Source: Eledone cirrhosa (Eukaryota). From it: a stretch of DNA of 64,000 nt. The stretch spans positions 83,948,001 to 84,012,000 of the forward strand of contig OZ024747.1 of the NCBI GenBank assembly GCA_964016885.1, in the 5' to 3' direction. Shown here piece after piece: positions 43,880 through 57,040 of the stretch; positions within the stretch are counted from its first letter, which is position 1, and every line of letters starts with the position of its first letter. The position numbers were made by a program, and so were the translations under genes. A model generated the notes under the pieces. It was given only the letters and a program-made list of their open reading frames with translations, searched no databases and was not told the origin of the DNA.

Positions 43880-44160
43880 ACAAAGAGTTTTCCAAGCAAA
43901 TATACATAAAGTATACGTCAAGTCAAGAGAACTCAAACTATACGGTCATATAAAAAGATCAACTCGTAGTGTGAGTTGGTTGTGCCTATAGGGAGGGTTG
44001 GCTGGTAGGAGAGGCGGAGGCTGGCAGCCAAAACAATGGTTTGATGGTGTCAACTTATGGACTGGACTTGATCTTTGCTCTTTAAACTCTGCTGCTGATG
44101 ATCGAACTTTGTGGAGAAAAATATCTCATGCGCAGTCTGCTACTGGCGGAGTTTAGCGTC
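43880..44160 (+). mobile_element. RTE-clade LINE 3' end
   Basis: LKLYGHIKRS...GRRGGGWQPKQWFDGVNLWTGLDLCSLNSAADDRTLWRK. Confidence 0.8.
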
Positions 44161-45214
44161 AAAGTATATACGTCCAACTTTGATATGAATCACAGTGAAA
44201 CAAAGTCTGAGAACCACACAACAAATAGAGCTGCCAGTTTAGTCATTCCCAGGCTTCGTTATTTTACCTATGATCCATATTACTGTCTAACCGTTAGACT
44301 CCTAACATACTTTATGGCTTTTTAAATCAGAGATGTTTATCTATTACGTCTTTTCATTTTCCCTTGCCTCCAACACGATACTCGTTGATAGTGGAACAAT
44401 TAATTAACTGTAACATTATATTTATAAGCTGTTTACACTTCTCTTTTATTCTCACCCACCTCGTCATCTTTATATTACACATGCTACGCTATTCTCCTAT
44501 CAATTGTAATATTCTGGAGTCACTACAACGTTGATATGAGATATCTTAAAGAAGTAAAGATACTGCTCTTGTGAATAATAATAATAATAGGTTTTTCGAT
44601 CCTATTAGTAGGCAACATATTTTAAAAACATTTTTGTTGTTGAAATAATGGTTTCTTTGAACCTAAATTAGCTAAAAGAAACCATTATTTCAACAACAAA
44701 ATTTGAGAAAAGGGAAGTCTATTAAATCGACTCCAGTATTTGACTGGTACAATATTTTACCGACCCCGGAAAGGTAAAAAGGCAAAATTGATCTCAGAAT
44801 GTAAAGAGCTTCAACAAATGTCTTCAGGTATTTTTCGGGCCCTCTAAAGAGTTTGCTGTTAAAATAATAAAACAATAATGAGCAAGATAAGACTTTCATA
44901 AACAGATATTCTACGATATTTGTCTTTTTATCGAGGTGATGAAGTGTGTCTGTCACTGACATCCTCGCAGTGATATTAGTTAGAAGTTTCTGCTAAAGCT
45001 TCCTATATTGATAAGATCAACAGGGAAATTATAAACAAATACTTATCTAATCAAGTCTCACTGGTGAAACATACTTATGTTGAAATATCACGACAGAAAC
45101 AAAACGACGTCGTTAAGAGGGGAATCTTTGTTTGCTGTATAATCTGTTTTGTTCCGTTTAATGGGATAGGATATGGCAACGGCAAATGAATGCTGCAAGA
45201 ATCAGTCAGTCGAA

Positions 45215-45475
45215 CTCCCATTGTCATCGCCTCCATCTCTCTGGCCCTCCCCATCTCTCCGCATGGTGAGCAAATGGGGTCCCACGTGCTGGCCTCCCCA
45301 CAGCCCCGGCGGACATAATGGAGAAGGCGTTTCCCCGGAGGATGGTAAGGGAGATGCGCTGGAAAAGCCATTCCAACTCGCGAGGCTCACACCTGCGGCT
45401 GGCCAGCTTAGCACCTATGGTGGTGAGTAGGGATGTAGCCCTAGGGCCGAGGACACCAGAAGTCTCCACTGTATA
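45215..45475 (-). mobile_element. CRE-like non-LTR retrotransposon 3' fragment
   Basis: VETSGVLGPRATSLLTTIGAKLASRRCEPRELEWLFQRISLTILRGNAFSIMSAG; paralog of 10700-10965. Confidence 0.8.
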
Positions 45476-46160
45476 CAGTTGCTCCAAGAGCTTCGGCTTC
45501 AAATTGTAAGTATTTTATATTATTAAAAATATACTTTGCCCTTCTTTGATATAAGGCTACAGATTGGCAAAGTCGTTAGAATGTCATATAAATGGCTTTG
45601 TGGTGTTCGTTCCGGCACTCTGAGTCCAAATCCAATCGAGGTAAACTTTACCTTTCATCCTTTCAAGGTCAACAAAAAAAGTACCAGTCTAGCTCTAGGA
45701 TTGATTCTGCTTCTTTCTCCAACTCTCTCTATCTCCCTGTGAAAGAAAAGATAGACGCTGCCAGGTTTAAAATGCCCAAGACATGTGTGTTACTACGGCG
45801 CTCTTACAACTCCGTCAGGAGTTACAAGTCTACACATACTCTAATATATTGTTTTCTTTTAAACATTATGGAAAATATTTTTCATTCATATCGATTTAAA
45901 AGGAAGAAAATGAAACATAATATGGTGGCCGCATACTGAGAGCCCTTTGTTTGTTTGATTGTTTTGTTTGTTTCGTTTCCGAAAATTGGTAGCAGGAAGA
46001 GGGAAAGATATTCTCAGACTGGATAACTGAACATAATTCTCACCATTGGATGGACACCGTTAAAGACAACCAAAGACCAAGGTGGATTACATATATCATC
46101 CAAGGGTTCATTCCGAGATGAAATCCTACAGTGTGTTTCCAGCTATTGTAAGCATTTATC

Positions 46161-46283
46161 TCTAAAAACCCAAACGAGGAGTACCATGAGAAAAAGTGCC
46201 CCAAAACGGGGAGAAATGGGGCAAAATGGGGAGATTTTACATAATGAAAGCTATGCCCATTTTCTCAAGAGAAGACAGGTCTG
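46161..46283 (-). mobile_element. Deleted copy of the cagacctgYcaac MITE
   Basis: Body matches 48804-48998; one TIR remnant gacaggtctg. Confidence 0.75.
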
Positions 46284-46748
46284 TCACGGCCTCTATCTTT
46301 TCCATTGTTTTCTATCGCCATTTAGACGTAAACAGGATCTGAATGAGCGTTATAAAGCCTTCTAACTATAGTAGTAATCACGAAAGAACGTGATAATCTG
46401 CATACTTTTAGTGCCACGCTTAGTTCTTATTATATATTGATATAAATCTAACATGTATGTGTGTGTGAGATTACAAGCGAGAGATAGTAGACTATTCAAT
46501 ACAACTATTTAAGTTTGTCGCAGATCGTATCATGTTTTTCCAAATGTACACAAGGGAGATAATCCCAATCTACCACCCGAAATAAAAATACTTTACTACA
46601 ATAGATGTTACTGGAGTTTGTTTCTTGCAAGCGAGGAAGGCCATGAATGTTAATGCTTCATACAATAAACAACGAAGAATTGAAGTCAATTGTTTTCTGT
46701 AATATCTTAAGCAGCATCCATTTAGATCTAGTCTATTCTGAATAATTA

Positions 46749-46931
46749 ATTGTTTCTACTTTTTGGCACAAGGCCAGCAATTACCCAGTGCATTACTGGT
46801 ACTTTATTTTATCGACCCCGTAAGGATGAAAGGCAAAGTTAACCTCGGCAGGATTTGAACTCAGAATGGCAAGGGCCGTAACTCTATGCGTCAAAGCATG
46901 GCGTCCGACCCTCTACCGATACTGCCAATCC
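46749..46931 (-). mobile_element. SINE family 1
   Basis: Near-full-length copy. Confidence 0.85.
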
Positions 46932-47075
46932 GTGGAATGTATACAGATATGTACACACACACATACATATTTATGTATGTTTATATATATGTAGGTGTGT
47001 GTGTGTGTTTGTGTGCACGCGTGTGTATATAGATTTTAAACAGATGTTAAGTTCTGTCTCTGTGAGTAAATATAA

Positions 47076-47155
<80 letters not shown>

Positions 47156-47336
47156 CGAAGGAAATGTGGTAAGGAACCAGGTGGACCATAACGCACCAAA
47201 GTACTCAATACTTAGGGTAGTAGAGTGGGTAATAGGAACAAGTAGGACCCCGACGGCTGAGCTCAAGCCGTTTCGACGGCTAATTCTGGACTGTCCAGAA
47301 TTAGCCGTCGAAACGGCCGTCGGGGTCCTACTCGTT

Positions 47337-47340
<4 letters not shown>
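47156..47340 (-). mobile_element. Fold-back Penelope-type terminal stub in (TA)n
   Basis: Inversion centred on ctggactgtccag; carries the 3' half of a hammerhead (gtc-GAAA-CGGC..GCCG-TC-gggg); same family at 58897-59056. Confidence 0.7.
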
Positions 47341-47371
<31 letters not shown>

Positions 47372-47374
<3 letters not shown>

Positions 47375-47518
47375 TTTATCCCGGGTTCAATCGGGGGTAA
47401 CCACAGTAAGTAAGGTACTCAAAACATAGCAGAGTATAAATATTTAATATAGAAATGGCTTCTACAGGACTAGAACTGTTTCATTCTACCGAATGAAACA
47501 GTTCTACTCCTGTAGAAG

Positions 47519-47520
<2 letters not shown>
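47372..47520 (-). mobile_element. Second fold-back Penelope-type stub in (TA)n
   Basis: Hairpin ggcttctacagga.tagaactgtttcattc/gaatgaaacagttcta.tcctgtagaagcc; related to 56577-56736. Confidence 0.7.
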
Positions 47521-47570
<50 letters not shown>

Positions 47571-47938
47571 ATGAATTTGCATAAACATGAATATTTTTAT
47601 TTATACGCATATACGTGTTTTATACAAAACTTTGTTTTACTGTAAGTGAATGTGTACGGGAAGGAGAGAGACTGGGCGGGGGGGGGGTATGGAATGACAG
47701 GCCCATAAGTATTTGAATGTAGAGATATATGAACAATTGAATAATAGGCAGACAAGGACGAGAGAGAGAAAGGTTGAAGATAGGTAGGGAGGTAGATAGA
47801 CAGACAGATAGATATGTTGGTATGTTTTTTTAGTTCATTGCCCTCTCTCTATATATATATAGTTTAATAAATAAACAGAGAACAAAAAACAGAAAAACGA
47901 AGAGGCAGAACAAATGATATTAGTATTAGTTTCACGCT

Positions 47939-47987
<49 letters not shown>

Positions 47988-48372
47988 ACATACCTATGTG
48001 TGTCTGTGTATGTCTATCTGTTATATGTGTGTATCTACGTGTGTCTATCTGTTAATGTTGGGTGCCTCTGTTTATTGTTTATATCTGTGTGTGTGCATAC
48101 CCTAACATACATTAAAGAACGGAATATTTTGTGTGTAGATATAAGTGGTGTGTGATGATCACATCATAAATACATGAAATTCTTTGTTTACGTGATTAGT
48201 GTTTCACGATTCCTTTACGACTTTATTCACTTGTTTAATAAATATAGCAGTCTTTCTCATATTTTTATCCACTCTAAATTAACTGTATCTATATTGCACA
48301 ATGCATCGCTGGTCCCTATGCCAACAATTCATGCTGCAATTGCCAACATTATTAACAGAGCACGGTGGATTT

Positions 48373-48758
48373 GCGGTGGATTGGCAGTATCGGTAGAGGG
48401 TCGGACGCCATGCTTTCCAGCATAGTTACGTCCCTTTACAGTCTGAGTTCAAATTCCGCCGAGGTTAACTTTGCCTTTCATCCTTACGGGGTCGATAAAA
48501 TAAAGTACCAGTAATGTACTAGGTAATTGATGGCCTTGTGTCCAAAGTGGAAACAATTATTAACAGAGCACCGTGGATTGGCAGTATCGGTAGAGGGTCG
48601 GACGCCATGCTTTGCAGCCAAGAGTTACGGCCCTTTATGGTCTAAGTTCAAATCCCGCCGAGGTTAACTTTGCCTTTCATCCTTACGGGGTCGATAAAAT
48701 AAAGTACTAGTAATACACTGGGGTAATTGCTGGCCTTGTGCCAAATGTACAAACAATT
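48373..48758 (+). mobile_element. Tandem pair of SINE family 1 copies
   Basis: Target sequence attattaacagagcac occurs three times (before, between and after the copies). Confidence 0.9.
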
Positions 48759-48803
48759 ATTAACAGAGCACGTGCTTGGATATTTCGTGCCCTAGGATAG
48801 TTC

Positions 48804-48998
48804 CAGACCTGCCAACCTCTAAAAACCCAAACGGGGAGTACCATAAGAAAAAGTGCCCCAAAACAGGAAGAAATGAAGCAAAATGGGGAGATTTTACATA
48901 ATGAAAGCTATACCCATTTTCACAAGAGAAGGCATCTCTCACCCATCTCAAAGTGGGTGAGGGATGTCCCCATCAGACGGGGAGAGTTGACAGGTCTG
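48804..48998 (-). mobile_element. MITE (cagacctgYcaac family)
   Basis: TIRs intact; 6-bp duplication tagttc at 48798-48803 and 48999-49004. Confidence 0.9.
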
Positions 48999-49065
48999 TA
49001 GTTCTATAATGCGCGCCCCCCTTCACGCAAATGAAATAATTTCAATAAAGTTTGGCAAGCTCACG

Positions 49066-49200
49066 AACCTTCTCTTTGACACTTCTTGCTCGAAATACAC
49101 TATTATTAAGCCTGTTATTTTGTTTTTCCACAACACAGTTCGTACTCATCCACGTCAAATCATTTGGCAGGTCATACGACATACTCAACGACTTTGGTTA
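49066..49200 (-). pseudogene. Decayed EGF-like exon
   Basis: NKITG.../SKKCQRE G|gttcgt resembles CNKITG.C...G.KC..E. Confidence 0.35.
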
Positions 49201-49284
49201 TTTCCACAAAGTTGCTACGTGGCAAAGATGACTCGATTATTTCTTGAACTCACCCATTAATTATAATAATACTCCACGTTTGTG

Positions 49285-49380
<96 letters not shown>

Positions 49381-49398
49381 TTATTAAAATAACATTAA

Positions 49399-49449
49399 AG
49401 TTTAAGCAAATAATCGCTGCTTTCACCCTTAACAGGATCTTCTGAAACT
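49399..49449 (-). ncRNA. Hammerhead-like fold with CAGAAGA core
   Basis: agttt-CAGAAGA-tcct gttaa gggt-GAAA-GCA...TGC-TT-aaact. Confidence 0.5.
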
Positions 49450-49587
49450 AACAAAGTCAATCTGTAAACGCAGAACTGGATATTTCAAAAAACGTTGCAA
49501 CCGGAGGACGAGCCCTCTTTGGATTTTAGTCTTCAATTTTATTATTATTACTATATATATATATATATATATTTATGTATATATATA

Positions 49588-49657
<70 letters not shown>

Positions 49658-49805
49658 TGTAACTCTTTAAAATTTACCTACACATACACACAATGTATTT
49701 CCTATATCAATCATATTGCTACAATAAGAAGTTCGCCTTCTAATCACAAAGTCCTGGGTTCTACCCCTACATTTGTCACTGTAACTAGTTATTTCTCCAA
49801 ACTTA

Positions 49806-50290
49806 CTCATACATTTAATCCTGTATATCATTTGAACCTATATACTGAACATTTATGCAGTTATATCCGAGAAATGAAATACTAAAATACGATTCTTATC
49901 TTTAATCACTTCCATGTGTCAGAAATCAGCATACACTATAGGGTTTCTCCTATGCAAATCCTTAATTTATCAATATACAGATTTCCCAGATTTTTTCATA
50001 TAAATAGCAATCCTATTATATATGGCATACGAATTCTGGATCAAAATATTAAATACTTTCAAAGTTGTTGCTACCATTCTTGACAGCATGGGTTCACTAG
50101 ACAATAGTGATGAGAATGAAATCAAGATTAAGAGCATTTTTGTGTGCATTTGCACATAGAAAGGTATTTGCTTGTTTTGTAAAATGTTATTTTCTAAACC
50201 ATGTCATTATTAACATTGTCAGTGTAGACGAGAGTATTATTCTTGATTGACATTCCATATATTAGCAGTTTTCTTGGCAACATCGGCAGT
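49806..50290 (-). pseudogene. Possible decayed lectin-like and EGF-like exons
   Basis: KITFYKTSKYLSMCK (~LxLCEV), NSYAIYNRIAIY (~IYNR), FLGYNCINV with donor GA|gtaagt. Confidence 0.3.
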
Positions 50291-52559
50291 AGTAATAGTC
50301 GTAACTTTAGAAATAATACAAATAATAACAGACGCATTGGTTGTGGCAATATTAACTACAGTCGTAACAACAGCGGTCTAAATTCTTCTTGGCCCTCATA
50401 TTCCTATAACATATACCGTTTCCTGAAACCTACGGTGGGTAACCCTTTAAAAATACTTACTCGTTATGATTTAAAAAAGAAATACCACAAGGAGATTTAG
50501 GAGTCTTTGCTTTTAGCGGCAAACCCACGTAATTGATGAGTTGTTTGTGGGCTGTGTTGAAAACAAAACGTCCAATTGACGAGGCTCTGGCAAGAAAGAA
50601 TAAATGTTGAAAGAAGTTATAAGAGCTCCCAAAAGTTCAATCGGGCTGTTAGGATCTACTCTTCTTCGAACTTGACTTAATCATTTAGCTACCATTCAAA
50701 TTGACTCAAATTGACTTAACACACCAATGTCTTTTTTGCTGTTGTTTTTTTCTAAAACATAGATTTGATAATGCATATTAAAATTGTGTTTCCTTTCGTT
50801 TTAATACCTTTATATTCAGGATTAGATAAGTATAAATTTGGTAAATGAGGATTACAATTTAAAACCAGTTATTGACTGCGGGTGATGTATTTCACCGCCG
50901 CCGCCACTACTACAGTCCCTAATAAAAACAGAAATCTGAAATATCATTCATTACTTTAAGTTTCACTTATAAAGTTGTTTTTAATATAAAGTGACGTATT
51001 ATGATTAACCCCCACCATATTCCCTCCCTCTCTTCCCTCTAGATATTCTAATATCTTTATAACTATATTTATATTGTAAATAATCCAACATCTAATCAAT
51101 TTAAAGAAATATTTACTTTTAGCGTGATATACTTTTACAGCTTTTAAAGAAATATTTTTAATATGCATACGATGTGGAATAACTAAACGTTTTAAATGGA
51201 TTTTATGGCAAATATTTGAAATCTAGATTTTATTGGATATTTATGAAGCTTTAAAATAGGAAGAATCAAGGTCCGAAATATTTGCTTGGTGGGAGCTCTT
51301 CCTCTGAAGATCTTCCTGCTGTCCGTTCGCCCAGTCGCGAGTTTCCGCCAATTCCTAGGAATCTAGATTTTATTGGATAATTATGGATAATTATGGATAA
51401 TTATGTATCTTCAAAATAGACGTTAAATGTATATTTTGAAGCAGATCTCTTTAGGAAAGATTAGTACACATCAACTAATTCGTACTATACAAAAACCGGG
51501 ATCACTGCGTAAATAATTAAATCTAGCGTAATAGATTGAATTTGTTGAGGTTTAGCAACAGCTGCATTTGTCGTGGTATACTGGGATAATGGTAAAAAAT
51601 GAATGGCAAAGAAGTAGCAAGGAAGCTAGAGAGTTTATGGGTAAATATATTAATTCGTCTATTAGGTGCGGTGGGGGGGTGTTCCTATGATCTTCCGGCG
51701 TTGACGTGTGTAAGATACTTGCTATGTCTTCTGTGAAGAATGTTTTACACGCATCAATTTTATATACCGATGTATATGCGTGTGCGAAGAAGGGGCATTA
51801 CCTCTAACTTGCTTGGTTCAAATAGGTGAGAAGATAGAATGGTAGTCATTATGAAGAATGTTTAATATATTATTGAATAATATATGTGAAAACGTGCACA
51901 CACACACACACACACACTCTCTCTCTCTCTCTCTCTCTCTCGAGCGTGTATGTATGTGTATGCATGCATGCATGTATGTGTGGGTGGGCACACTGTTTTG
52001 TTAGTGAGTTATAGTTTCTTTTGATGTGTGTATGCATGTGTGTGTGTGTGTGTGTGTGTGAGCACACTGTTTTGTTAGTGCGTTAGTTTCTTTTGTTCCT
52101 GCTTATGTTTTCTTTGCTTCTTATATTTTTCTTTTGCTTTGTTTGTATACCGCCATTGAAGTAGAGAGGTTTTCTATTGCAACAAGAGATAAGACAATTG
52201 TAACCTATCAAATGTAATCACTATAAACGCCAGATAAATCAGATGTTCAGTGTTGTGTAAGATAATTTGATCTCACTACTTCTCACCCATTAAATAACAC
52301 ATCAATTTCAAATTAGTTCAGCGCTCTATCGTAGTAAGTGAAAACGAAAAGTCACACCACATCGTAATTGTTTTTGTCCTTTGTTGGGGAGGGCGGGGGG
52401 GGGGGGGTCCTCTTGTTACCCCTGAGATTTGATGAACATTATACATGTTCAGGACCAACGCTGACAATTTGTTATATAAATGTAAAATAGATATGTTCTT
52501 TATCATTGCTGAATCAGAATGTTTGTTTGTTTTGTGGAGGAGGGGGGACCTCCGACGAT

Positions 52560-52712
52560 GACTGTTCCAGTTGGTTGAACAACGAAACAGCCCACTTATG
52601 AATTTAACATGCAAGTAGCTGAACATTCTAGACACATTCTTAGCGTAATTCTCAAGGACATTCATCGTGACACAGTAGTTGACAAGATTGACCATTTGAA
52701 TTACAGGTACAT
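52560..52712 (-). pseudogene. Decayed EGF-like exon
   Basis: ag|a CTCNSNGQSCQLLCHDECP*ELR*ECV*, C...GxxC...C...C spacing followed by stops. Confidence 0.5.
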
Positions 52713-52989
52713 CTAATTTTTTTCCATCTAAGTTGACTGTAACAACATGAAATAAAGTGTCTTGCTCAAGGATTCAAAGCGCCATCGGGAATCGAGTTCA
52801 GGACGTTATGTTCCTAAGCCGATCACCTTAAGCCATGCATTTTGACAGGGAGGCGAGCTCTATAATTAACCCCTGCTACAATACCATGGTGGTTTGATTT
52901 GAAATACTTCATTTGAGCAAGATAAAGATTGGTATTTCACAATGGAAAACAACAATAAAGCTAGTAATTATGTGGTACAAACTCATACA

Positions 52990-53110
52990 TGTTCAGTACC
53001 AATGTTCAGGAGTTGATATATAACCTTTTAAAATAGGTAACATGGAAAGGTTCTTTCACTGGTGAGTCTGCGTGGACACTACTATTGATATATTGCCATG
53101 TAATATTGAT
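52990..53110 (-). pseudogene. Possible decayed F-type lectin exon
   Basis: LHGNISIVVSTQTHQ*KNLS resembles VDGN.....C.HT..E.NP.W. Confidence 0.3.
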
Positions 53111-53182
53111 TTTAAATACTTCTTATATAAACGTTAGGTCATATTATTCCCATTGTTTTGGAGAATCTCATCAGTAACCTTA

Positions 53183-53231
<49 letters not shown>

Positions 53232-53237
<6 letters not shown>

Positions 53238-53485
53238 TAACAGATTAAAGTTTAAGCAAAGAATCGCTGCTTTCACCCTTAACGGGGTCTTCTGAAACTA
53301 AAAAAATCAATCTTAGGATTGATCCTTTTAGTTTCAGAAGATCCCGTTAAGGGTGAAAGCAGCAATTCTTTGCTTAAACTTTAATCTGTTATTTTAATAT
53401 ATATTTGCTCTAGGGTTCTTATATAATTGATATATATTTATCCTTATCGAGTCCTCTTTGTATTTTAGTCTTCACATTTATTATT

Positions 53486-53490
<5 letters not shown>
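53232..53490. mobile_element. Fold-back Penelope-type stub with two hammerhead-like arms (- 53249-53299, + 53330-53380)
   Basis: ~80-bp inverted arms; same family as 49384-49550; flanked by (TA)n and (TG)n. Confidence 0.75.
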
Positions 53491-53546
<56 letters not shown>

Positions 53547-53608
53547 GGACACACGAGCAGAAGGACGTGTGTTTATTTTCCTGCCGGCAGCATATCACGA
53601 AATCGAAT

Positions 53609-53690
53609 TTCGTCTGAGGATACCGTTCTCATAACAACCACAAATACATGAAGGACATCATGGGAGAACCGTTGAAATAATTATAATGAA
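53609..53690 (+). ncRNA. Type I hammerhead ribozyme
   Basis: ttcgt-CTGAGGA-taccgttctc...gagaaccgtt-GAAA-TAATTA-TA-atgaa; palindromic stem III; U.U at the base of stem II; cleavage after 53685. Confidence 0.7.
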
Positions 53691-53726
53691 TAAACGATTT
53701 ATGTAACATCAACATCTTTATTAATG

Positions 53727-53761
<35 letters not shown>

Positions 53762-53770
53762 TATATGTGT

Positions 53771-53818
<48 letters not shown>

Positions 53819-53830
53819 TTGTATGTGTGT

Positions 53831-53962
53831 GTGGAGGCACGTGGCCTAGTGTTAAGGGTGTTGGACTTACGATGATAATGTCGTGGGTTCGATTCCTGGG
53901 TTGTATGTTGTGTTCTTGGGCAAAACAACTCATTTCACGTTGCTCCAGTATACTCAGCTGAA
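53831..53962 (+). mobile_element. CORE-type SINE 5' portion
   Basis: ggcacgtggcctagtgttaagg...gggttcgattcc...gtgttcttgggcaaaacaact. Confidence 0.65.
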
Positions 53963-54689
53963 ACTAAGAATACTGAAACTACTACAATCACAAAACAAAA
54001 GACATCACATACATTTTAACAGTAGCATAAAGTAGTTGAGTTGTATAAATGGGGTCAATTCTTCCCCTCTATCTCGTTCTCCCTTCATCTCTCCCTCTCT
54101 CTCTCTCTTTCTCCTTCTCTGGAAGAAATCGGCTGTTCAGATCTGTAGAGAGAATTATCTCTGTCAGGTTTAAAGTGCCCAAGACACATTGTATGTCACT
54201 ACGGCACCCCTACGACTCCACAAACAGTTATAGATACATAAATAGATATAACGAATTATGAGTTTCAATCTCCACATTTCATATAAACAGATAAGAATGC
54301 AATCTTGCCGAAATTTCAAACGAAAACAACCAAAGCTAAAATTCTGGGCTATCATACACCTCTTCGGGTTTTTTACAAATATTTTTTTCTAACAGGTAAA
54401 AACAATGTCATTTCATAGAAAATATGATAATCTCAAAATCACTATCTCTTAATAGAAAAACCTCCTTCTGGAATTCATTATTAGTTTTATACCGGTATCA
54501 TTCCCAGAAGATCTAGTACCTATTCTTTTCTAAGCTAGCTGAACTGGGGCACATAAAAGTATTTAGGAACTTTCCCTCCCCCTATACGAGTGGTTGTGTT
54601 AATGTGTGTATACTCACGTGCACACTTAAATATATTGTATATGTATATATATACATATATATATATATGTGTAATTACATATATATATA

Positions 54690-54992
54690 TATAATGTGTA
54701 ATATATATATAAGATATACATTTGACATATGTATAATATATTATATATAATTATATATATATGCATTTATATACATATACAATATATATATGTATATATA
54801 TATATATAATATGTGTAATATATATATAAGATATACATTTGACATATGTATAATATATTATATATAATTATATATATATGCATTTATATACATATACAAT
54901 ATATATATGTATATATATATATATAATGTGTAATATATATATAAGATATACATTTGACATATGTATAATATATTATATATAATTATATATAT
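54690..54992. repeat. AT-rich tandem repeat, ~117-bp unit, ~2.6 copies
   Basis: atgtgtaatatatatataagatatacatttgacatatgtataat occurs three times. Confidence 0.85.
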
Positions 54993-55244
54993 ATTATATA
55001 TATATACTCAGATAACAGATGTCACATTCATTATGCAATATTTAAAAAAAATAATGATTCCAAAAAGAAGCGGTCGTATTTTTAGAGGTATAATTATGAA
55101 AACATAAGTTATGTGATGGCCAATAGTAACACAATAAACCTTGTAATCTAGGGCAGATGTTTGTTTTACATTTTTTTTTTTTGTTTCATTGTTGCATCAA
55201 GATTAACAATGGAGTATAGGTACTGTGAGGAGGTGCAAAATGAT

Positions 55245-56310
55245 GTGTGTTGTGGTGGTTGTGGTGGTGATGATGGTGATATGGTGTTGGTGATACGGTG
55301 GTGGTGGTGGTGGTGAAAGTTGTGGTGGTGGTGAGGCGGGCGTGAACGTTGTGGGGGAGATGATGGTGAGATGGTGTTGGTGATACGGTGGTGGTGGTGG
55401 TGGTGGTGATGATGGTGATATGGTGTTGAGGATACGGTGGGGGTGGGGGGGTGAACGTTGTGGGGGTGATGATGGTGATATGGTGTTGGTGATACGGTGG
55501 TGGTGGTGGTGAGGGGGGGGGGGGGGGGCGTTGTGGTGGTGATAGTGATATGGTGGTGGTTGTGTTGGTGGTGCTGTTAGTGATATGGTGGTGATGGAGT
55601 TGGTGATGGATGGTGGTGGTGATGGTGATGATGGTAATGGTAGTGTGGTGGTGATGATGGTGGTGATGGTGATGATGGTGATAGTGATGGTGATGGTGGT
55701 GGCGGTGTTCATGGTGGTGGTGGTGGTGGAGACGGAGGTAGCGATGACAGTTGACTGGTATATTCAATTGTGTTATCGGTTAACGGGGTAGATAACGGTG
55801 GTGGGAGTGGGGGTGTTCGGGTGGTGGTGGGGGAGTTGTTTGGGTGGTGGGAGTGTAGGTATTTGGGTGGTGGGAGTGGTGGTGTTTGGTGGTGGTAGTA
55901 GTGGTGGTGGTGGTAGTGGAGGTGTTGGGGGTGGGGGGGTAGTGGTGGTGGTGGTAGCGGTGGTGTTGGTGGTGGTGTAGGTAGTAGAAGTGTTGGGGGT
56001 GGTGGTGGAGGTGTTTGGGTGGGGTGGTAGTGGTGGTGGTGGTGGTAGTGGAGGTGTTTGGGTGGGGGTGGTAGTGGAGGTGTTTAGGGGTGGTGGTGGA
56101 GGTGTTTGGGTGGGGGTGGTAGTGGAGGTGTTTGGGAGTTGTGGTGGAGGTGTTTGGGTGGGGTTGGTAGTGGTGGTGTTGGTAGTGGTGGTGGTGGTGG
56201 TGGTAGTGGAGGTGTTTGTGGGGAGATGTTTTTTTTTAGGGGGTGGGGGGTGGGGGGTAGTGGTCGAGGTGTCGTCGTCGTTGGTAGTGGTGGTGGTGGT
56301 GGTCGTTATG
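55245..56310. repeat. (GGT)n-derived low-complexity tracts
   Basis: Direct inspection. Confidence 0.9.
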
Positions 56311-56470
56311 ATGTTGGGAGGAAGACAAGATGTCGGTGAAGGATAGTAGTAGTTTCCAACGACCGACATACAGATGCTGTGTAGGAAGCTACAAAACTTC
56401 CCATCTCTGGAGGTACCGTATCTTGGAATTCCACTAAAGGTTTCACTTCGTCGGATACTATTCACCTGAG

Positions 56471-56550
<80 letters not shown>

Positions 56551-56598
56551 TATATATATATATATATATATATATAACAAAATCTAATACAGAAATGG

Positions 56599-56645
56599 TT
56601 TCTACGGGATTAGAACTGTTTCATTCGAAGGAAATCATCAGGAAA
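56599..56645 (-). ncRNA. Minimal type I hammerhead
   Basis: tttc-CTGATGA-tttc cttc gaat-GAAA-Cag..ccG-TA-gaaa; stem III is a perfect CAG/CTG in the 47460 relative. Confidence 0.65.
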
Positions 56646-56741
56646 AGCTTTTCTATATTAAATTTTGTTGTATACATTTTACAAATGTATTGAGAACCTT
56701 ACTTACTGTGGTTACGCCCGATTGTATCCGGGACTTACACA

Positions 56742-56787
<46 letters not shown>

Positions 56788-56854
56788 AGCAAAGAGTCGC
56801 TGCCCTCTAAAATCCGAGTTTTCATATTTATTATTATTACTGTGGATTATTATT

Positions 56855-57040
56855 GCGGTGTATTGGCAGTATCGGTAGAGGGTCGGACGCCATGCTTTGC
56901 AGCACAGTTACGTCCCTTTACGGACTGAGTTCAAATCCCGCCGAAGTTAACTTTGCCTTTCATCCTTACGGGGTCGATAAAATAAAGTACCAGTAATACA
57001 CTGGAATAATTGTTGGCCTTGTGCCCAAAGTAGAAACAAT
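56855..57040 (+). mobile_element. SINE family 1
   Basis: Full-length copy. Confidence 0.85.

Larger units (their letters stand above)
48230..49003 (-). pseudogene. EGF-like exon split by two SINEs and a MITE
   Basis: After removing the insertions: ag|ELS*GTKYPSTCSVNNVGNCSMNC/GIGTSDALCNIDTVN, typical MEGF C...CS.NC......CN..TG.C spacing. Confidence 0.55.

Noticed and set aside
49886-50083. + strand FFHINSNPIIYGIR resembling a GPCR NPxxY motif
   Set aside because: No hydrophobic helices nearby; the opposite strand fits the EGF/lectin remnant pattern, so probably coincidence
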